Assembly (NCBI GenBank): GCA_013265495.1
Contig: MU057651.1
Coordinates: 1,065,674 to 1,129,673 of the forward strand
Length of the DNA stretch: 64,000 nucleotides
Direction: 5' to 3'
Origin: Vicugna vicugna
Taxonomy: Eukaryota
The translations under genes were made by a program, and so were the position numbers. This document shows positions 53,459-64,000 of this stretch, one piece after another; within the stretch, counting starts at the first letter, position 1; every line of letters starts with the position of its first letter. The notes under the pieces are model-generated. The model made no database searches. It was not told the origin of the DNA and saw nothing but the letters and a program-made list of their open reading frames with translations.

Positions 53459-54118
53459 TGATGCAGGAAAAATGGATGTGGGGCATGAGGAGGGCCATGT
53501 CCCAGGCCTCGGTTGCGTCCCTGGGACATGCCTCACCAAGTGTGGGTCCTTGGCTTCGTGCAGGAAAGAATTCAAGTGTGAGCCACAGTTGAGTAAAGGC
53601 AGATTTATTTAAAGAGATACAGACTGCATAGAGTGTAGGCTGTTTCAAAAGGTAAGAGAAGGCCATGAGGTGTGGGGATTGGGTGCTCAGATTAGAGTAA
53701 AAGTAGGTACACACTCCATAGACAGAGTGCAGGCCATCTCCAAAGAGGAGGGGGAGAGACAGAGGCGGCCACGAGGCGCTGTGTTGCCAGTTTTTATGGG
53801 CTCGGTAGCTTCACATGCCTACAGGTGGGACCACTCTAACTCCTCTGGGGAAGGGGCTGGGATCCCCAGGAATTTGGCCACTGCCTACTCTTTGGCCTTT
53901 TGCGGTTAGCGTTGGGACTCTCATGGCACCTGCAGGCACGTTATTGATCACACTAATATGTTACAATGAGCATATAATGAAGCTCAAGGTCTACTAGAAG
54001 TCAAACTTCCCACTGTCTTAATCCTCAAGGCCAACTGGGAGTCGAATCTTCCACATTTTGGTGTTAATTGCTGTCATTCCTTGAATGGCTGTGTCCGGCC
54101 CTCTTCCATCCTGTCTCA
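53459..54118 (-). mobile_element. Solo LTR, ERV1 (class I)-type, 660 bp
   Basis: TG...CA termini, perfect 4-bp TSD CCTG (53455-53458 / 54119-54122), minus-strand AATAAA at 53609-53604 and TATA-like CATAAAA near 53797. CpGs are relatively well retained. Confidence 0.85.
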
Positions 54119-54189
54119 CCTGGAATCAGATCCAATGTTTAGGATAATAGAACAGAGGACTTGAGTCCTCAGAGAGGGATTGGTCCGTG

Positions 54190-54640
54190 TCCCTCTCTTT
54201 CCATCCTCACTGCCCCAGCCATAAATTGAGGCACTGGTGAATCAGTCACCTGTACTGTTGCAGTAGGGGGCTCATAACTGCTCTATGATCCCTTCCCCCA
54301 TCCTGCCTCCAAACTGTTGCCAAGTTAGCTTTCTAAAATACATTTCTAATCATGTCACTGCTACTGTTTTTCAAAGATCTTTGAGTAACCAAATTACGTG
54401 GACTATTATTGAATAAATTGGCTCTGTTAGTATCAAATTCCCCATTATCCTTATTTCTTGTCTTTATAGCCTTCACCATGATTTCAATCTATCTTACTTA
54501 TGTGTTTTCTGGCTTATAGTCTGTCTCCCACTTCCCTTGGAATAAAGTTTTCATTTGATCAAGGTTCTTATCTGTCTGTCCCCCAAAATAGTGGCTGGCA
54601 CATGTTAGATAATAAATACTGATTGAAAGAAGGACTCAAT
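54190..54640. mobile_element. L2 fragments
   Basis: CTTTCTAAAATACATTTCTAATCATGTCACT; GCTGGCACATGTTAG..AATAAATACTGATTGAA. Confidence 0.55.
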
Positions 54641-54669
54641 AAATCAAATTCTGTTAGCCACAGTTAATT

Positions 54670-54850
54670 CTTTTTTTTTCTGTAAGTGAACTTTATTTAC
54701 TTTTACAATTACAAATGTAATACATGCTTACTGTAGAGAATCTGGAAAGTACAGAGAAGTAGAAAGAAGAAAATAGAAACACCCATAATCCCACCGCCTG
54801 AAGGCAAAACACGGCTCACATTATGTTCTCACTATCTATGCCTGTTTAAA
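54670..54850 (-). mobile_element. Ancient L1ME-type 3' end
   Basis: AATGTAATACATGCTTACTGTAGAGAATCTGGAAAGTACAGAG...CCCATAATCCCACC resembles the antisense L1ME3/ME4 3' terminus, with a T-run at 54671-54679. Confidence 0.6.
54692..54697 (-). terminator. Candidate RTL9 polyadenylation signal AATAAA
   Basis: TTTATT on the + strand, about 1.0 kb past the stop codon. A variant ATTAAA lies at 55615-55610. Confidence 0.5.
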
Positions 54851-55700
54851 GACCAAGACCTTTATCAAGAGTGCTGGCCACAATATCAAGAGTGCAAGCA
54901 CAATAGCCAAGGGGAGTGAGGGGAACTAACAACTGAGGAGGTCACCCAGAGGTCAGAGCTAGAGATTTGACACTGAGGAACAAGATAAGGGCCACAGACA
55001 ACAGATCAAGACATCAGAAGTTGACAACACAAGAACAAGTTGGGTTATGGTAAGAATGTAGTGAGATGATAGTTGCCAAGAGTTTACCCAGTACGTGTCA
55101 TACAAGACATAATCAATAAATGTTAGCCATTACTATGATTATTACTATAGATCAAAACGAATGGTTCAGGATGGAGATTATAAACAAGGCAAGGGCCCTG
55201 GAGACTCACTTTAGGTGCTGTGAGTTGGGGCATATAGGGACAAGTCTACTAGATGAAAAGGATGGTATATAGGAGTGGGCATCATTCTCCTTACAGGCTC
55301 CCCTGCCAGGTGGAATGGGACCAGGGCTTCCTCAAGTTTGCCTGATGACTCATGGCAAGACACTCTAAGGTGTTTTGAGGTAGGACACGGTTTCTCCTGC
55401 CTAGACTTTTCCCTGGACCAGGACCTAGGACTGGCCTCAGTAGTAATGGGAGTTCAGAATCTCATACACCAAACACTCTTAAAGTCCACGCTCTGATTGT
55501 TGGGGCAGGTCAAAGGCATGTGGGGTGAAAGATAAGGTCAAGGCAGCCACGTGGGGGATAGGGTGGTATATGCCTGGAGTGGGGTTGCTGAAGGGGGAAG
55601 GCCACAAGGTTTAATGATGTAATTGAATGGAATGGGTCCAGGAACCAGTCCTGAAGTTAGCAGCAGAGTTGGATATCACAGGAGAAGAATCCAGAAAGCA

Positions 55701-60490
<4,790 letters not shown>

Positions 60491-61302
60491 AATCTAGCAT
60501 CAGGAAGATGGGGAAACAGACAAATGATTTACGATGGAGACCTTTTTTATGTGTTGCCAGCTATGGGGCATCGGAGATGGGCCTATCAGGTGAAAGAAAC
60601 TGTGCAACAGTAAACAAATCTGAAGGTGGAGCAAATATTCTTTCCACCCCTATCCTTTTCAAATCAAACGGCTCAGTCACCCAGTACCGCCTCTCAGTTT
60701 ACGAAAGCTGTAAATGAGGGCAACTTCTGCAGCCAAGAGCCTGGGCTGTCCTGGTTCAAATGAAGCAGCAGCACCACCTTCTGGAGAACTCTGAGAAGTA
60801 CCGGTTCCTAAGCTAGGCTCTCTCCCATTCCAGCCCTAGCAAGCCAGCCCAGATACTGGCAGGCCTGGATGAGAAGGCCCTTTGCCCCGGGATAATGATT
60901 AATTTGTACGGTTCAGAGTCCTGCCAGTGGTTTAGTCCCCATTTTACTACTGATGGCCTTGAATGTTTTCCTCAGGAAAAGGAAGGCATTTAACTGATCA
61001 ATGACTGAGAGCATCATTCCATGAACTGAAATTCCTGCTTGATATAATTTTTATTAACACCCCAAATCACCACTGTTACTACCACTCACCGCTCACCTCG
61101 TGTGTCTCAGGCACTATACTTTAGGCAACTCTACCTAACTTTAAACTCTATCATGTACAGGGATTTGCAAGCATTACCCATTTGAATCTTACAATAGATA
61201 GCAGTATTATCCCCATTTTACCAGCTTTCTAGATTAGCCAGGGTTGGGGCTAGAATAAGGTCACTGCATCTTAAAGAAGACACAGTATGTCTTTGACTGT
61301 CA

Positions 61303-61397
61303 CCCTTTCCTCGGAGTTGCCCAGCCTTTGGCATCTCTAAGGCTGCATTCATTTATCTCTCCGACATCCAAGATCACTGGCTCCCTTGAAGACTCAT
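61303..61397 (-). other. Possible RTL9 non-coding 5' UTR exon
   Basis: Acceptor-like TTTGTACTTGCTGTAG ending at 61398 and a weak donor AGG|GTGACA at 61304/61303. Motif evidence only. Confidence 0.2.
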
Positions 61398-62159
61398 CTA
61401 CAGCAAGTACAAACTTCAAGATTCTCTGATGGCCTGTGGGTGGGCAGTCCCAGAGCCTCACTCCTCTGGCCCACTCCCTGCAGCAGCCCCTGAAGGGGCT
61501 TCTTGGCACAGAGTTTGGAAACCAACACACACATTACACAATGTTATCACATCCCCAGGGCCTGCGCATGCCCCACATGGAGCACTGGCTCATTTGGGAC
61601 AATGGCACCCAAGTCATCAATCTTGTGCAGTGTACCTCCATAATGATAATGAGAATCCTAGTGACAGAAATGCCAATGGCCAACATTTATTGAGCAGGCA
61701 GTGCCTGGCAAGCGCTCTGCTGTCCACTTTACATGCATCGTCTCATTTGGCCCCCACAGCAGCACCAAGCGATTTTGGTAATACTCTATCCTCATCTTCC
61801 AAAGGAGAAAACTAAGGCACATAGAAGCTTCATAATTTGCCTGCTATCACACAGATTCCCAGGTCCATCCCGCTCCAGAGCCCCTACTCTTCTCCACTGT
61901 CCTGTAACACTCCACTCTGTCTGCCCTCTATCCTTCTTACTCAGTCACATGACTGAGAACCCCCATCTTCAGCCTGCACATGGGTGGAGATGGGGTGTAG
62001 TAAAAGAAATACTGGCCTCCTGCTGGCACCTTGGCTGCTCTAATCATTGGTGCAATGGGAAAGATGAGTCAAAAGAGCAGTCATAGTTGACCACCCTCCC
62101 CACCCCCATCTTCAGAAAAATCCCTGAACGTGCCAGTTTCCCACCAGGCAAAGCCCGGA

Positions 62160-62445
62160 AAGATCTTACCTTGCCATTTAGGGAGAAGCGGGAGAGTGTG
62201 TCCTTTGCGCCCCTAGCTCTTTTGGTCTGGCCAATTTACTTATGCCCCATGCCCAGCCAGTTCATTAAAGTAAGACCCAATACCAGCAGCTGTTCTCTGC
62301 AATCTCCCTTAGCTATCCCCTGCCACGCCCCCCTCCTGCCCGCCAGCCAGCCAGCCAGCCTGCCCGCCCACCCGCCCCCCTGCTCCTGACTTGCTAGTGC
62401 TTGCTCTGTCTCTCTGGTCCCAGATTCCTGCCTCTATATAGGCTC
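62160..62445. promoter_or_regulatory. Candidate RTL9 promoter / first-exon region
   Basis: GC-box/KLF motifs (GCCACGCCCCC, CCCGCCC) at 62322-62380, TATATA at 62435-62440, and a strong minus-strand donor AAG|GTAAGA at 62170/62169. CpG is locally elevated. Confidence 0.4.
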
Positions 62446-63349
62446 TGACATTTGCCTCTGGCCGCCTTTCACTTGACAGTCCTCCAGAAGCTCCACTGTA
62501 GCACTCGGCCTATGCAACTCCACCCTTCTTCCCCTCACCCCAGTAGCTGCACCAGCCCACTGTGCCCGCTTCTGGCCGTCTCGAAGGAAAGAAGAGATTC
62601 ACACAAGCAAAGAGATGAGACGGAAAGGGTCCTGGCTCAGCAAATGAGACACTCCCTCTGCGACTGAGCAGACACTGGCGTCCTGGGAGCCAGGCACTGC
62701 AACCGGTGTTCCGTGCAAGAGTAGGCAGGGGTGAGAGGGAAGGGAACCCGGGCTGGAGGCTGAGTGGAGCTGTGGCAGAAGAGTTCAAAAAGGTTCAGGT
62801 GCAGGGAAACCAGAGTTGGCCAGGAGGGGTCGTGGGAACTTAAGAGAGCCCAGCAATGATGATAATTAAAAAGCCATTGTGCTCCAGTGTCATGGTCACG
62901 GAGGGAAACCTGGCAGCTAGTGACCACACCATGGGGCTAGAAAGTGACAGCAAGACTGCAGGGAGTTCAGACAGCTGGCGAGAAAAGCCTGCCAACCTTG
63001 AGCATACCAGGTGAGGGCTTGCTCACAGAAGCAGGGCTTTGGCCTGCTTTCTAGAACTGGGGCACAAGGTCAGAATAGAACTGGCAGGAAGGTTTATCAG
63101 AGCCCTCTAGCCTTCTGAATCAGGCGCCCTTAAACCCCTAGACTAGGGGTAGAATTGGTCCCTGAGCCCTGGAGAGGGCAAAACCTTTGGGTGAAGTTCA
63201 AGTAGCCCAGGTAAAGGGATGCAGAGCCGGGGTGGGGAGGCATTCAGGTCGTTATAAACCTCGCCATGCTCCAACAGCCAACAATGATGAGCAACCAGCC
63301 ATACCTCGGCACTTGGCCTAAGCACTCCACTTGCCTTATACTGTCAGGC

Positions 63350-63840
63350 CTCTTGGCAACACCTGCAGGTAGGCACTGATGCCATTTCCATTTTACAAAT
63401 GAGAGAGGGGCTTAGAGAAGTTGTGACCAAGATCACGGAGCTAGTACGTGGCAAAGCCAGATCTGAGCCCAGGGCAGTCTGATTCCAGAATCATTTCCTC
63501 TCTTTGCAAACAAACAAGTGGTTAGAAACACTCCAAGTGCTCTGTTCACTGCAGCCTTCCTCTTCCTCTTCCCACACCTACTAATGGCTGAATCACCCCA
63601 GTGATACTAGTACTAATACTAATACTACTACTAATAATAGTATCAACCGATTTTGAACTCTTCCCATATGCCGAGAACTGCAGTGAGGGCTTCACCAGCA
63701 TTCTCTCCTTTGATCCTAGGAGCTACCCTGTGAGCTAGGGTTTTTTTTTTTAATCCTCAGTTTGCAGATAAGAAAACTGAGCCTCAGCGAGGTGAATTGA
63801 CATGACCAAAAGCACACAGGTCTGTTTGACTCCAGAACTC
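63350..63840 (+). mobile_element. Two MIR SINEs with an intervening (TAC/TAA)n repeat
   Basis: CCATTTTACAAATGAG..CTTAGAGAAGTTGTGACCAAGATCAC and TTGCAGATAAGAAAACTGAGCCTCAGCGAGGTGA. Another MIR lies at about 61680-61890. Confidence 0.7.
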
Positions 63841-64000
63841 ACCGGAGTATACTCCTCAAAAAGAAAAATTCTAGTCACTCTCCCCTTCCCTTACACCAAA
63901 AAATACGCACAGGAAACCTAACAACAGTGACGATGATGATGGTGATGATTACACCTAATAATAAAAGCTAACATTCACTGTGCTGGGCACTGTGCTCAGC

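Overview
Mammalian genomic DNA, most likely from a camelid. This rests on a tRNA-Ala-derived Vic-1-type SINE and artiodactyl-type L1 3' ends, with no Alu/B1/Bov/PRE SINEs seen. The window is inferred to be X-linked because it carries RTL9. The only protein-coding gene supported is RTL9 (RGAG1/MART9/SIRH10), a domesticated Ty3/gypsy (sushi-ichi) gag gene on the minus strand. It has a 4,023-nt coding exon (60374-56352), a 534-nt phase-0 GT-AG intron, and a 117-nt terminal coding exon (55817-55701) that the ORF track misses, giving about 1,379 aa. About 80% of the protein is a degenerate 13-aa Met/Ser/Pro/Ala repeat, followed by a Gag capsid-like domain. The remaining ~54 kb is intergenic and rich in transposable elements: young L1 3' fragments with target-site duplications (TSDs), old L1M/L2/L3/MIR, MaLR and ERVL LTRs, a decayed ERV-L pro-pol, an ERV1-type solo LTR and hAT MITEs. 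I found no wholly new biological system. The most interesting observations are the RTL9 repeat architecture, its hidden last exon, its TE-derived 3' processing signals, a twin-primed chimeric L1 insertion, and telomere-like filler at an ERV-L deletion junction. Repeat family names come from recalled consensus sequences and need RepeatMasker/Dfam confirmation.
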